A stretch of 64,000 nucleotides of DNA from Mobula hypostoma. Its lineage: Eukaryota. Every line of letters starts with the position of its first letter. Positions within the stretch are counted from its first letter, which is position 1. Under the pieces are notes generated by a model. The model saw nothing but the letters and a program-made list of their open reading frames with translations. It did not search any database and was not told the origin of the DNA. This document shows, in pieces, positions 1 through 13,049 of this stretch. The translations under genes were made by a program, and so were the position numbers. The DNA is taken from assembly GCF_963921235.1 (NCBI RefSeq), contig NC_086108.1, positions 51,028,001-51,092,000 of the forward strand, in the 5' to 3' direction.

Positions 1-142
1 TCCTCCAGCATTTTGTGTGTGTTGCTTGGATTTCCAGCATCTGCAGGTTTTCTCTTGTTTGTGATATAATGATGCCTGATAATTGCAAATGCAAACCATG
101 AATTAATACAAAAGATGGTCACATATTTTGTGGATTAACTGG

Positions 143-952
143 GCACAATCTGCATACAGACGGGTGGTGGAACGGCTGGCCCTCTGGTGTGGTCAGAGCA
201 ATCTGGAGCTAAATACGCTCAAGACTGTGGAGATGACAGTGGACTTCAGGAGGAGCCCCCCCGTACTCCCCGCACTCATAATACTCAACAGTATTGTGTC
301 TGCTGTGGAGACCTTCAGATTTCTGGGTGTCACAATCTCCCAGGACCTGAAGTGGACACCCAACGCAGACACTCTTATCAAAAAGGCTCAGCAGAGGTCG
401 TATTTCCTACGTCAACTCAGGAAGTACAACCTGCCTCAGGAGCTGCTGATTCAATTCTATTTGGGAATAATCTAGTCTGTTCTCTGTTTGTCCATCACTG
501 TCTGGTTTGGATCAGCTATCAAACAAGAATAGACTCCACAGAACCGTCAGGGCTGCGGAAAGGATTATTGGTATGAAGCTGCCCTCGATCCAGGACTTAT
601 ATGCTTCTAGAGTCAGGAAGCGAGCAAGCAGCATCATTGTAGACCCATCACACCCTGGACATCACCTGTTCCAACTCCTTCCTTCTGGTAGGCGCTTTAG
701 ATCACTGTATGCCAGGACAAATAGGTACAAGAACAGTTTCTTTCCGTATGCCAGTCTTATGAACACTTGAATTTTAGTCTATTATAAACTGTCCACCTGT
801 ACATACACAGGTATACCTCATTGTATATAGTTCACGATTATTTGCACTATTGTTTTGTTTGCTATTGATTCTGTACAGCGAGAGCTCAGGGAAACCAGCA
901 TCAAATTCCCTGTATGTGTCCACATACTTGGCAATAATAAAGGATTCTGATC
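143..952 (+). mobile_element. Rex1/Babar-type LINE 3' fragment
   Basis: KTVEMTVDFRR, FRFLG, AQQRSYFLRQLRK, DPSHPGHHLFQLLPSGRR; aataaag gattct tail. Confidence 0.85.
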
Positions 953-1179
953 TAAGAATTCACATGGGCAAGATCTAATATCTGTTGCATTCAAAAGTGT
1001 TCCTTTTATAATTCAACAGTGCCAGTTATATACATTTAAGATGGTCATCATTAAATTGCAATAAATGGCATTAGAACTTTGGAATGCCTGTAAACCAATC
1101 TAATGCTGCTCAAACTCTGAAAAGCCAAATTTGCAACCAATATTGAAATTCTGCAGATCAACACACAATATTCTGGAAT

Positions 1180-2330
1180 ATCATTGTCATTAGATCTTTC
1201 TTACTACAACTCGATGTTCAACAAAATTATCCCACCAAACTTATCAAGAAGCTTCAGCAAGCGGGTCTCTAGATACTCAACCTCTTCTTTGGCAGATGTC
1301 GTTCAGTAAGGACTATACTGCATCTTCATTGACCATCAACACAGAGGTTGCAGTGCTTAGCTCCCTACTCTGCTCCCTACAAACAAGACTGGGTGGCTAA
1401 GCACCACTGCAAGACATCTTCAAATTCACTGATCACACTGCAGTTGTTGGATGAATCACAGGTGGGAATGAGCCATATTACTGCAATGAGATAGGTCACC
1501 TGTTTGAGTCATCCCACAAAATCAACTTCTTGCTCAACATCAGCAAAACTAAAGAGCTGGCTGTTGACTTCAGGAAGGGGCAGGAGCAGAAACATGCACC
1601 AGTCTACATTGGAGATTGGTGATAGAGAGTCAACAGCTTTAAATTTCTTGGCATTAGCCTAAGAGGATCAGCACATAGATACAATCGTAAGGAAAGCACA
1701 CTAGTTTTTTTTTTCTTTCTTAGGAGATTCAGCTTGTAATTAAACACTCAAACAAATAAATAAATGAATGAATACATAAATACATACATACATACTGTTG
1801 AAAATATCCTGACAGGTTGTACCATGGTCTGGTAGAGAAATTCAAATGTGCAGGATTGCAAGAAGCTGCAGAGAGTAATGGATTCTCGCCAATACATCAC
1901 AGGCACATTCCTCCGCACCACTGGTAGTATCTATAGGAGGTTATGCCTCAAGAAGGCAACTTCTATTATCAAAAAAATCCCACCATCCAGGCCATGCCAT
2001 CTTCTTGCAGCTATCATCAAGCAGGAGGTACAGAAGGTACAGGATGTCCTGCACCACCAGGTTCAAGAACAGCTACTTCCCTTCAATGAAGAAGGGTGCC
2101 GATGAAGGATCTCACCCCAAAACATCAACGATGTACTCTTTTCCATAGACATTGCATGACCTGCTGAGTTCCTCCAGCATTTTGTGTGTAACGCTTGAAT
2201 TTACAGCATCTACAGATTTTCTCTTGTTTGTGAGCTACTTCCCTTCAACCATTTGACTGTTGAGCCAACAGGCAATACCTAATCGTTACAATTTAGCAAC
2301 ACTTTGCACTAAAGTGATCTTACAATATTT
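1180..2330 (+). mobile_element. Old Rex1/Babar-type LINE fragment
   Basis: Degraded RT and C-terminal motifs. Confidence 0.7.
2087..2232 (+). mobile_element. Short Penelope-derived 3' end insertion
   Basis: 16-bp TSD agctacttcccttcaa at 2071-2086 and 2233-2248. Confidence 0.75.
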
Positions 2331-2394
2331 GAGCAACACACATCAAAGTTGCTGGTGAATGCAACAGGCCAGGCAGCATCTCTAGAAAGAGGTA

Positions 2395-2436
2395 CAGTCG
2401 ACGTTTCGGGCTGAGACCCTTCGTCAGGACTAACTG
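2395..2436 (-). ncRNA. Minimal type I hammerhead ribozyme motif
   Basis: Reverse complement: cagttagtcCTGACGAagggtctcagcccGAAAcgTCgactg. Confidence 0.7.
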
Positions 2437-3070
2437 AAGGAAGAGCTAGTAAGAGATTTGGAAGTGGGAGGGGGAGGGGGAGATCCAAAATGATAGGAGA
2501 AGACAGGAGGGGGGAGGGATGGAGCCAAGAGCTAGACAGGTGATTGGCAAAAGGGATATGAGAGGATCATGGGACAGGAGGTCCAGGGAGAAGGAAAAGG
2601 GGGAGGGGGGGAAACCCAGAGGATGGGCAAGGGGTATAGTCAGAAGGATAGAGGTAGAAAAGGGAGAGAGAGAAAAAGAATGTGTGTATATAAATAAATA
2701 ACGAATGGGGTACGAGGGGGAGGTGGGGCATTAGCGGAAGTTAGAGAAGTCAATGTTCATGCCATCAGGTTGGAGGCTACCCAGACGGAATATAAGGTGT
2801 TGTTCCTCCAACCTGAGTGTGGCTTCATCTTTACAGTAGAGGAGGCCGTGGATAGACATATCAGAATGGGAATGGGATGTGGAATTAAAATGTACGGCCC
2901 CCCTCCCCCTTTTCCTTCTCCCTGGGCCTCCTGTCCCAGGATCCTCTCATATCCCTTTTGCCAATCACCTGTCCAGTTTTTGGCTCCATCCCTCCCCCTC
3001 CTGTCTTCTCCTATCATTTTGGATCTCCCTCTCCCTCTTCCACTTTCAAATCTCTTACTAGCTCTTCCTT

Positions 3071-3112
3071 CAGTTAGTCCTGATGAAGGGTCTTGGTCCG
3101 AAACGTCAACTG
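3071..3112 (+). ncRNA. Minimal type I hammerhead ribozyme motif (Penelope-associated)
   Basis: cagtt-agtc-CTGATGA-stem II-GAAA-cgTC-aactg. Confidence 0.7.
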
Positions 3113-3619
3113 TACCTCTTCCTAGAGACACTGCCTGGCCTGCTGCGTTCACCAGCAACTTTGATGTGTGTTGCTTGAATTTCCAGCATCTGCAGAATTC
3201 CTCGTGTTTACGGTTTCAATGTTTGAATTGTGTTTTCCTGTAAAGATGGTGTATAATTTATAGATTATTTTTCTTCTGCCTCTTATTTGATACCATGTCC
3301 TCTAATACCAGGTCAAGTAAATCCTTCAATGCACCTGTGCACACATGTACTTGAGCATAGAGCAAAAAGAAACTCGACTATGACTTTTAAGTCAAAGAAA
3401 AAAGGACATTTAAGAATTTGGATCAATGTTAATTGCTGACATTTGTTCCAATACTTTATATCCACTATCAAAGTTATGAATTCGTTTTTAATCACAATTG
3501 GGGGAAATCACTCTATTGGTTTTTAAAAGGTTATTGACCACTATCATTGTGGTCGCAAGAAAACAATCTGATGTAGTGCTACTACTTGTAAAGTTAATGT
3601 TTAAGATACATTTAAAGAC

Positions 3620-4330
3620 GCTTTCTCCGCTTTTGAATAAAGTAGACGAGCAGGGGAGGAGAGAGCTCCCACGTCGTATGAGGTCAGGGCAGCATCATGA
3701 CGCAACAGCGTTCACTGTGATCTCAGAAGCGAGACGTCATCAGAAACAACTACTCAAATAAAATATAACTCATAATAGTAATCACAGGGAACTCTATCAG
3801 GCAATAACTGAGTATAAATATGCCCGCCCTGTGCATGTAGCTGACTGCGCATTCCAGCTGAGCATAAATATTTTCCTCCGAGTGTGTCCGACAGGCATTC
3901 GGGATGTTTAAGACTGTGAAACAGGATGGCGCCAGCCGCTAATTTACCGAAAACGGTTTGGCCCAGGGCTGAATTAGCTTCCTTCTTACCTCTCTTCCGT
4001 TTTCCTCCCACCTTTTTCTCCAGCAAAGTCGTTTCCTGCGGTCAGATTTCACCATAAGCTCCCGCTACGGCTCTCAGCCAATCAGCGCAGATGGCCCGCA
4101 CTGATGACGTGTCACTCGGTAACTGCCGGGCACGTGAGGAGGCGAGGCAACGTGCGGTTAACGCTCAGACGCGCGCAGCGCGTTTCAGTGAAAACACCGC
4201 CACCTGCAGGCAAGGAGTCTGAACGGCGTTGCAGTCCGATTGAATCTATGTTGGGCAGTACAGTCTGTGATCCATTTGGTGCGATTTTATATCGCAATTT
4301 CGGCCTTAATGCAATCGATTTGAGTACTGG
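3620..4330 (-). promoter_or_regulatory. CpG-rich housekeeping-type promoter
   Basis: Locally CpG-rich unique sequence. CCAAT box agccaatcag at 4076-4085, CRE/ATF-like TGACGT at 4105-4110, E-box CACGTG at 4131-4136. Confidence 0.7.
3990..4070 (-). other. Probable non-coding first exon of the next minus-strand gene (scyl3 by human synteny); 5' boundary approximate
   Basis: Strong donor GAG|GTAAGA at 3990/3989, just downstream of the promoter motifs. SCYL3 lies tandemly downstream of KIFAP3 in human. No coding exon is in the window. Confidence 0.5.
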
Positions 4331-4765
4331 GATTAACGCTTGTGCAAAACTTTTTACTGAATATGTGACCTTATTAAGAATTTGTAAGTGCATGGAATTT
4401 TGGGCAACCCAGGAGAACACAGCCAGCTAACAGTATGTAGGCTTCTTCAAGTTGGCATCTCCATGTAGTTGCCTGTCAGCCTGGATTTTTTGTTTGAAGC
4501 CTTTAGCATTAGACTAGCAATTTTAAGGGGCAGAACTAAAATATTTAAAGTTCCAAGAAAATTTTATGATCCGATTTCATAAATATCACCACATACAACC
4601 CTGAGCTACATTTTCCTGTGGCCATACTCAGCAAATCTACAGAATAGTAATTGATCAATGAAAGATCAACAAAAGTACAGAAGACAACAAACTGTGCAAA
4701 TGCAAATATAAATACAGTAAATAGCAATAAATAAGAAAGACATAAGATAACAAAATAATCCTTAA

Positions 4766-5871
4766 CAGACATCCCACCCTGCAAAGACACATTTCAGGGA
4801 GGTAGCACCCCCCCCCCACAACACCATATCCCCCCCCCCACTGCCCGTCAACCTCCAAGGGTGTATGTAATACTTTGTTTAGTGATTTTGTTCAATCTGT
4901 AAACCAAGTTGGGTATATGCAGCAAATGTGACATTAAAATATGTGCTTATATTATATTATAATGTTTAGTCTATTACAACTTTAAGCAAGTCTACAGGGA
5001 GTTTGGCCTCATCACGTGGGACAGCAATAGCGTAGCTCCTTAGCAGCTAACCAGCTAGTTTAAATAACGTTAGCTATGCTGTAATGACACCTGTTAAACT
5101 CACCTATAACATGTCTTTTACATTTTAACCCACCATGGGCAATAAAAAAGTCACTGTTGCAAACAGTGCAGCGAGCAACACTGTCATTATTTTTGAGGTC
5201 GACTGTAAAACCCGCCCACAGAGAAAACTGATAGGTCTACCTAACAAGGGTCCCCAACATGTTTTGCACCGCAGACCAGTTTAATATTGACAAAATATTC
5301 TTGCGGACCAGCCGAGGGGTGGGGGAGACAGCGATACTCGAAGGGGGTTCCTTATGTCCAGTCTATTCCGCAATTTAGTTTTCATTGCATTCATTGCAGA
5401 AAACTCTGCTTCACAGCGATATGATGTTGGAAATGGAAGCAACGTTTTCAGTGCTTTCGTGGCTATCTCAGGATATTTACCTTTGACTTATATGCAGAAT
5501 GCCGGCAGAGATGTTATGTCAAACAAACTTTTCAGCCCGCCGTCATTTACAAGCTCGAGGAGTTGATCTGCTTCCCGCGCTGACACAGATGACGCGCGGG
5601 TAATGACCTCGCGTGCGTTCAAATTCAACAGTGCGTGACAGGGAATGAGGAAAGGTGTAAATGACTCGTATCGCCAAATCATATTGTTTCCTCACGGCCC
5701 GGTGGTTGGGAACCACTCTTAGCACGGAGGGAGACCAATCAGGATGCTCACTCTCCCTCTCCCTCTCAAAAAAATCTATTTCCGGGATATTGTATATAAT
5801 TTCCAGGCGTCAGGGAGCCACTATCAATATGCGGGAGACTCCCGGATCTTCCAGGAGAGGTGGGATGTCTG
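4766..5871. mobile_element. Non-autonomous DNA transposon (hAT-like) with a 6-bp TSD
   Basis: TIR cagacatcccacc / ggtgggatgtctg; ccttaa duplicated at 4760-4765 and 5872-5877; splits a LINE 3' UTR. Confidence 0.8.
5245..5718. mobile_element. hAT/Charlie-like MITE nested in the previous element
   Basis: Ends caagggtccccaac ... gttgggaaccact. Confidence 0.65.
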
Positions 5872-8869
5872 CCTTAAAGTGGGATTAAGGTTGTGGAAAC
5901 ATCTTAACGGATGGGCAAGTGAGCATTGTTATCCCCCTTTGTTCAGGAGCCTGATTGCTGAAAGGTAGCAACTGTTCTTGAAACTGGTGGTGTGAATCCT
6001 AAGGCTCTTGTACCTTCTACCTGATGGCAACAGTGAGAAAAGAGCATGGTCTGGGTGGTGAGGATCCGTGATGATGGATGCTGCTTTCCTGCGACAACAT
6101 TTCATGTAGATGTGCTTAATGATTGGGAGGGCTTTCCCCGTGATGTACAGGGCTAAATTCACTACCTTTTGTAGGATTTTCCGTTCAAAGGCATTCATGT
6201 TTCCATACCAGGTTGTGATGCAGCCAATCAATACACTTTTCACTACACATCTATAGAGGTTTGTGAAAGTTTTTGATGTCTTGCCGTATCTCTGCAGACT
6301 CTTAAGTAGAGACACTGCCATGCTTTCTTCGCAATTGCATTTACAGTACATGCTGGGTCCAGGACAGGTCCTCCAAAATGGTAACCCCCAGGAATTCAAA
6401 GTTGCTGACCCTCTCCACCTCTGATCCTCCAATTTGGATTGGCTCATGGACCTCTGATTTCCCTCTCTGGAAAGCTACAAACAGTTCCTTGGTCTTGCTG
6501 ACATTGAGAGGTTGTTGTTATGACACCACCCAATCAAATTTTCAATTCTTCACCCCCCCCCCACGTGTGCTGATTCATCACTACATTTCATATGGTCCAC
6601 AACAGTGGTGTCCTCAGCAAACGGATATGCTGTTGAGTTATAGGTCCAAAGCGAGTGGAGCAGAGGGCTAAGCATACAGCCCTATGGTGCACCTGTGCTG
6701 ATGGAGGTTGTGGAAAGGTTTTGCCAATCCGAACTGACCGGGGTCTGCAAATGAGGAAGTCCAGGATCCAATTGCACTGGGGGGTATTGAGGCCAAAGTC
6801 TTGGTGCTTATTGATTAGTTTTGAGGCAATGATGGTAATAAATGTTGAGCTGTAATCGATAGAGAGTATCATGATGCATGCTGTTTGCTGTTCACATGTT
6901 CCGGGGTTGTGTGAAGAGCTAATGAGGTGGCACCGCTGTGGACCTGTTGCTCTGGTAGGCATATTGGAGGGGATCCAAGTTGCCTCTCAGGCAGCTGTTG
7001 TTGGGTTTCATCACCGTGAATGTAAATGCAACTAGACCGATCAGTCTATTCAGTGCAAGTCCAAGTAATTAAACCAACCCCATTTCCCTGTGTTATCACC
7101 TTCATTCTGGAAATTAGTTTCTCTCAAATGCATATAAAGTTCATCTTGTGAAGGAACTGATTCTGTTTCCATTATCTTGCTCTTGCAGGGAGTGAATCTG
7201 AGATTCTGACTGCATCGAGTTTTTTTTTAAACAAGATTCTACTTTGTTTTCCAGTTTCAGCCTTTTCCTAGTGTTTAAAATTGATGCTCGCTTGTACTTG
7301 AACAGTTAAGGGTAAACAGGAGGAAGATATTCCCATATCTAAATCTGAAACCCTCTCGTCCCTTTTCAATTTCCATAGGCTCAGTTTCTCTTGTTTGTGA
7401 TAAGAATAGACAGTGTTGCCCTTTGCTTATAAAGAGCAGTAAGAACAAACCAAGAAATTATAAGCCAGTTTTTGGAAAAGTTTCTTAGGAACAAAATTTA
7501 TTTGCATGTTCCTGTTAGGGATAGTCAGCATGGCTTGGTTGAAGGAAGTCCTACCTCATAAATTTTATGTTTTTTAAGGAGACAAATATGATTAATAAGG
7601 GTAGGGCAGTTGTATACGTGGACTTCAGTAATGATTTTGACAGGATGTCCACTGGTGGGATGATCCAGAAGATTACATACAAAATTGGCCTAATTGAAGA
7701 CAGAGTATTGATAGAGGGGTGTTGCAATGATCTGATACCAATAGTGTTCTGCAAGGACATGTGCTTGGACTTCCGAATGAAAATGTAGATGGTCCGATTG
7801 ACCCAGGCACAAACTTCAGTATAACTCCTTTCTGAGTCACACATATTATTCACAAAGACCACACTTACAAACAAGATAGTCTCTAAAACAAATATAATTG
7901 CTTTGACATAGTACAAGTACAACAGGAAAAAAACCTAACATGACATAACGAGGCATGATGTATTGCTTTGATCAATGAACAATACCAAAATAAACAAAAA
8001 AGGGTTCACATTACCACATCCAAAGATGTATCAAATTCTGAAATGGGAACAACAGATGGATGTAGAGTTTCTGTACAAGATATCTAATTTAGAGTTGTTA
8101 GCAGACTAAGCATCAGTTTGCAGTATAGTGCAAATGAAATTATCTTCGATTACAGCTTTACAGAATTAACAATGTAAGCTCTTTTAACTCAACATTGTGC
8201 ATGTGACAAAGGGATGTCTTAAGGAGCCACCTACACACCAGTCTCACACTAACATGGTAATAAGCATCTGCAAAGTTGTTATTTATTACTATTGTGTCAG
8301 AACTACAAAGCACCATGTATTTGATCATCTGGGAGATGCTCATTTATCTCCCTTACAATGATACACTGGTACCAAATATAGATATGTTACACCAAGACGT
8401 CTGGTCTTGGTGTTTTACTGACATTAACAATACTCTTGTGTTTACTTCTGTCAAAGGAATTATACTGGTTTTAAGCATAATGTCTTGCTTAACTATATTT
8501 CTAGATATTGCAATTATTGTATTATCTTTCAGTCTTGACTTTAATTTACTGAAATTTAATGTCTCTTTCAGCTGTCCTTCCTTTTCCTCGAAAACTTGGA
8601 ATTGTTACTACATATCCTATTCCAAATTTTGTACTGAAGATTTATGTATCAAAGCAGAGGCATCGTGAGTTATTCTGGTTTTCAGATAATGTGTATTTTC
8701 TTTTTGCCCCAGCTTTTGGTTTCCCCTTGAGAAACTTTCTCAGTGAACTCAACTGTTCTGGAATTGTTTGACCTCTGAGGTGTCTCAATATGTGTTTTGT
8801 GGAGGTGACCAAATACATAGAGGTGAAGGAACCCAAGCTTCCACAGTTCTAGATTGAGCTTCATATTTT

Positions 8870-8927
8870 TCAGTACCATATTTGAGATCTACTTCCATCA
8901 AACACATCTGCAATATCCTCAGAGAAC
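8870..8927 (-). CDS. kifap3: Candidate alternative terminal exon of kifap3 (KAP3B-like short C-terminus)
   Basis: Acceptor caactctttttag|G. Joined to the phase-2 donor at 62307 it reads (R)FSEDIADVFDGSRSQIWY*. TE-free sequence follows, with AATAAA at 8282-8287. Confidence 0.4.
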
Positions 8928-9639
8928 CTAAAAAGAGTTGACAGCTCCTTAAAATTCTGCACACATTTTGTGTAGAAAGTTTAAACATAGATGGATATGT
9001 GCATGGTCACAATTTACAGGCCAAGTTTATGGGATTCATGTGCAAAAAAACTTAATTTGTAGTTAGGTTGTGGAGGCCATTTGCACAACTAAACTATCCA
9101 TTTGCTACATTAGAAATGCTAAATAACTTGCTCTGGCAATTTTTAGACTAGGATTCCTCTATCGTTAGAAAGGAATTCATATGGTGTGACAAGACCATTT
9201 ATCTTAATTAGCACAAAGTAAAAAAGACATAACACCATTCTTCCCAGAGTAAAATTGTTCATTGAACTCTTAAGAGTTAGCAGCTGTGGATTGAGACTAA
9301 AGGAAGGTCAAGTACTTAGAAAAGACACTGCTGAGATGTTATGGGCAGAACTAGACAGATGTCTTGAGATTTCTCTCCCACAGGGAAGAAACTAAACATT
9401 ATGATTGCACCCACAAGTAGCCAAGTTATCTTTTGCTTCAGACACAAAGAACAAGAATCTTGCATAGTAAATGAAAATAAAAAGCTGCAGATGCTGTAAG
9501 TCTGCTGGGAAGCTTTCCCAATTTTAATGACGGGTCATGCGTCCAGCAAATTGTCTGCTCAAGAAACCATAGGATAAAGTTCTACTTCAGAAACATACCT
9601 CTGAGAGAAGAATAGTACATACATGATTTTGCCTGTGTT

Positions 9640-10265
9640 TATTTTAAATTCTCATTTATTAATTTAGTAGGGTTCTATAATGCAAAACAGACAAGGGTGC
9701 CAAAATTTATTTCAATCCACATTTGGTCAGAGATTGCAGAAATGGCAAAATAAATAGAAACAATCATAATGGATGTGGAACAAAAACAAAAAAATGTAAT
9801 AACCTACCACTAGACATAATTCATGTTATTTAAAGTTACAAATATGACATTTTTTCAGAAATGATTACACAAAATGCAAACAATTTAAAATATTGCTATT
9901 TGTAGTAAACAGCTTTAAAAGTAAAATTGCTATAAACATTTTTAGAGATCCCATAAATTAAACAGTAAATTTTTAGCTATAGAATTGAAAGATTTAAGAC
10001 TACAGTTTGTGTATCGGAGACTTCGTTCCAGTTACGTTCTTCAGACTAATCCAGTGTTTCAAAAGGATAAAAACAGAAAACACATTAAATAATTCAAATA
10101 CCATTAATATATTGCAGTCAGGACATTCGACTATTATGTATATAATTGTAATTCACATCTCAGCTATGTCACAGTGCAGTACAAACAAAGACCCACAGTA
10201 CAATACATTTGCAGTTTATGTACAAGGAATGTTACAAAAGCATTAATAAATAACTCTGGCTGAGC
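9640..10265 (-). other. kifap3: kifap3 3' UTR with candidate polyA signals
   Basis: AT-rich and TE-free after the stop. Minus-strand AATAAA at 9706-9711 followed by a GU-rich tract; further AATAAA at 9655-9660 and 9638-9643. Confidence 0.6.
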
Positions 10266-10445
<180 letters not shown>

Positions 10446-11406
10446 TCAGATTCAGCACTTGACTTTTAAAAATACTTGATGCAATTGACATGATACAACA
10501 ATTTTAAATAATTGAGTTTTAATGAATAGTACAAAAAAGTTATATCTGCAGCCTATGTTATTTTAAAAATCACATTTTCAAGAGCTTCTGAAAATTTATT
10601 TCAAATGTGATGAGTCACTTTGAATAAAACTTCCACAAAGCACTGTGATGAATGGCTGTATTTGTTCATGATACTGAAAACCAAATATTTCTTGCTTATT
10701 TTTAATATTATTTGACATTGATACTGAAACAGGACCACAATTTAATATAGAATTACAGAACTGTTACTGCACAGGAGGCAATCATTTGGCGCATCATGTC
10801 AGAACAACCTGCTTGTTCTAGCCCTTGGGCCTTTCTGAAAAGCCTTGCAAAATTTTCTTCACCTATTTAGCCAATTTCCTATAAAGCCAACAATAGAATT
10901 TGCCTCCAACACATCTGCACGAAGTGTATTCCAAATTCTACACACCCACTGAATAAAGATTTTCCTCCAGTTACTCTTAATTCCCTTCCCTTTGTTTCAC
11001 ATTTGTGACATGTAAGTTCTCAATCCTTCCACCAAAGGGAGCAGCTTCCCACTATCGACTCTGTCCAGGCCTCCGAGCATTTTATAAATATTATTTAAGT
11101 TTCCTCTTAACCTTCTATAAAGTCATCACATTCTTTTTAATAATGTGGCAATCAAAATTGAACACAGTACTCCAGTTAGGCCACAACAGTGTTTCAGAGT
11201 TTTAGCATGACTTCCTCCCTTTATACCTTTATTGATAAATCCAGGATTATGCATATTGCATTAGCCTTCTCAAACTGCCTTGCTACCTTCAATGATTTGT
11301 GCGTATATAATCCTACTCCTGCAAAGTATTCACAGTACCTTATCAATGCCTTCCATAAAAATCTTCATTATAACTATTCCTCCATCTACTAGCCTTTTAG
11401 CACCTA

Positions 11407-12912
11407 CAGTGGCATGCAAAAGTTTGGGCACCCAAGTCAAAATTTCTGTTACTGTGAATAGCTAAGTGAGTAAAGGATGAACTAATTTCCAAAAGGCACA
11501 AAGTTATAGATGACACATTTCTTTAATATTTTAAGCAAGATTACTTTTTTATTTCTATCTTTTCTAGTTTCAAAATAACAAAACATGGCAGTACTTAGTA
11601 ACACCCCCTTTGGCAAGTATCACAGCTTGTAAATGCTTTTTGTTACCAGTTAAGAGTCTTTCAATTCTTGTTTGAGGGATTTTCGCCCATTCTTCCTTGC
11701 AGAAGGCTTCTAGTTCTGTGAGATTCTTCAGCCGTCTTGCATGCACTGCTCTTTTGAGGTCTATCCACAAATTCTCGATGATGTTTAGGTTGGGGGACTG
11801 TGAAGGCCATGGCAAAACCTTCAGCTTGTGCCTCTTGAGGTAGTCCATTGTGGACTTTGAGGTGTGTTTAGGATCATTATCCTGTTGAAGAAGCCATCCT
11901 CTTTTCATCTTCGGCTTTTTAATAGACGGTGTAATGTTTGCTTCCAGAATTTGCAGGTATTTAATTGAATTAATTCTTTCCTCTACCAGTGAAATGTTCC
12001 CCATGCCACTGGCTGCAACACAAGCCCAAAGTATGATCGATCCACCTCCGTACTTAACAGTTGGAGAGGGGTTCTTTTCATGAAATTCTGCACCCTTTTT
12101 CTCCAAACATACCTTTGCTCATTGCGGCCAAAAAGTTCTATTTTAACTTCATCAGTCCACAGGACTTGTTTCCAAAATGTATCAGGCTTGCTCAGATGTT
12201 CCTTTGAACCTTTTGAATAGAACTTTTTGGCCGCAATGAGCAAAGGTATGTTTGGAGAAAAAAGGGTGCAAAATTTCATAAAAAGAACCCCTCTCCAACA
12301 GTTAAGCACGGGGTGGATCGATCAAGCTTTGGGCTTGTGCTGCAGCCAGTGGCACGGGGAACATTTACTGGTAGAGGGAAGAATTAATTCAATTAAATAC
12401 CAGCAAATTCTGGAAGCAAACATCACACCGTCTGTAAAAAGCTGAAGATGAAAGGAGGATTGCTTCTACAACAGGATAATGAACCTAAACACACCTCAAA
12501 ATCCACAACGAACTACCTCAAGAGGCGAAAGCTGAAGGTTTTGCCATGGTCCTCATAGTCCCCTGACCTAAACATCATCAAGAATCTGTGGATAGACCTC
12601 AAAAGAGCAGTGCATGCAAGACGGCCCAAGAATCTCACAGGACTAGAAGCCTTTTGCAAGGAAGGATAGGCAAAAATCCCCCAAACAAGAATTGAAAGAC
12701 TTAGCTGGCTACCAAACTTTTGCTTTGGACCCTTTTGGTTTTCTGTTAAACTGTAAAAGATGGAAATAAAAAAAGTTTTCTTGCTTAAAATATTAAAGAA
12801 ATGTGTCGTCTTTAACCTTATGCCTTTTGGAAATCAGTTCATCTTTTACTCGCTTAGCTAGTCACAGTAACAGAAATTTTGACCAGGGTGCCCAAACATT
12901 TGCATGCCACTG
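11407..12912. mobile_element. Palindromic (fold-back) non-autonomous Tc1 element
   Basis: TA|cagtggcatgcaaaagtttgggcaccc ... gggtgcccaaacatttgcatgccactg. Both arms carry the transposase 3' half (DNDPKH, WPSQSPDLN); 73-bp loop at 12143-12215. Confidence 0.92.
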
Positions 12913-13049
12913 TGTATGCCTAAAGGTTTCATCTTAAGTTGGCAATTTATCTCTTCCCATTTGTTTTCATTTTAATTGTATTTCCCCTGTAATTATTTCA
13001 TAATTAGGCTGGTTCTCTGTGGTATTTTGCAATCCAATATTTGTTATAA

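Larger units (their letters stand above)
2334..3212. mobile_element. Penelope-like element remnant with inverted terminal structure
   Basis: ~280-bp inverted arms; minus-strand GIY-YIG C-terminal remnant EATLRLEEQHLIFRLGSLQPDGMNIDF at ~2740-2830. Confidence 0.8.
4545..7025 (-). mobile_element. Rex1/Babar-type LINE fragment interrupted by a DNA transposon
   Basis: ORFs 5929-6447 and 6588-6962 (IDYSSTF, WILDFL, DPHHPDHALFSLLPSGRRY). Confidence 0.82.
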
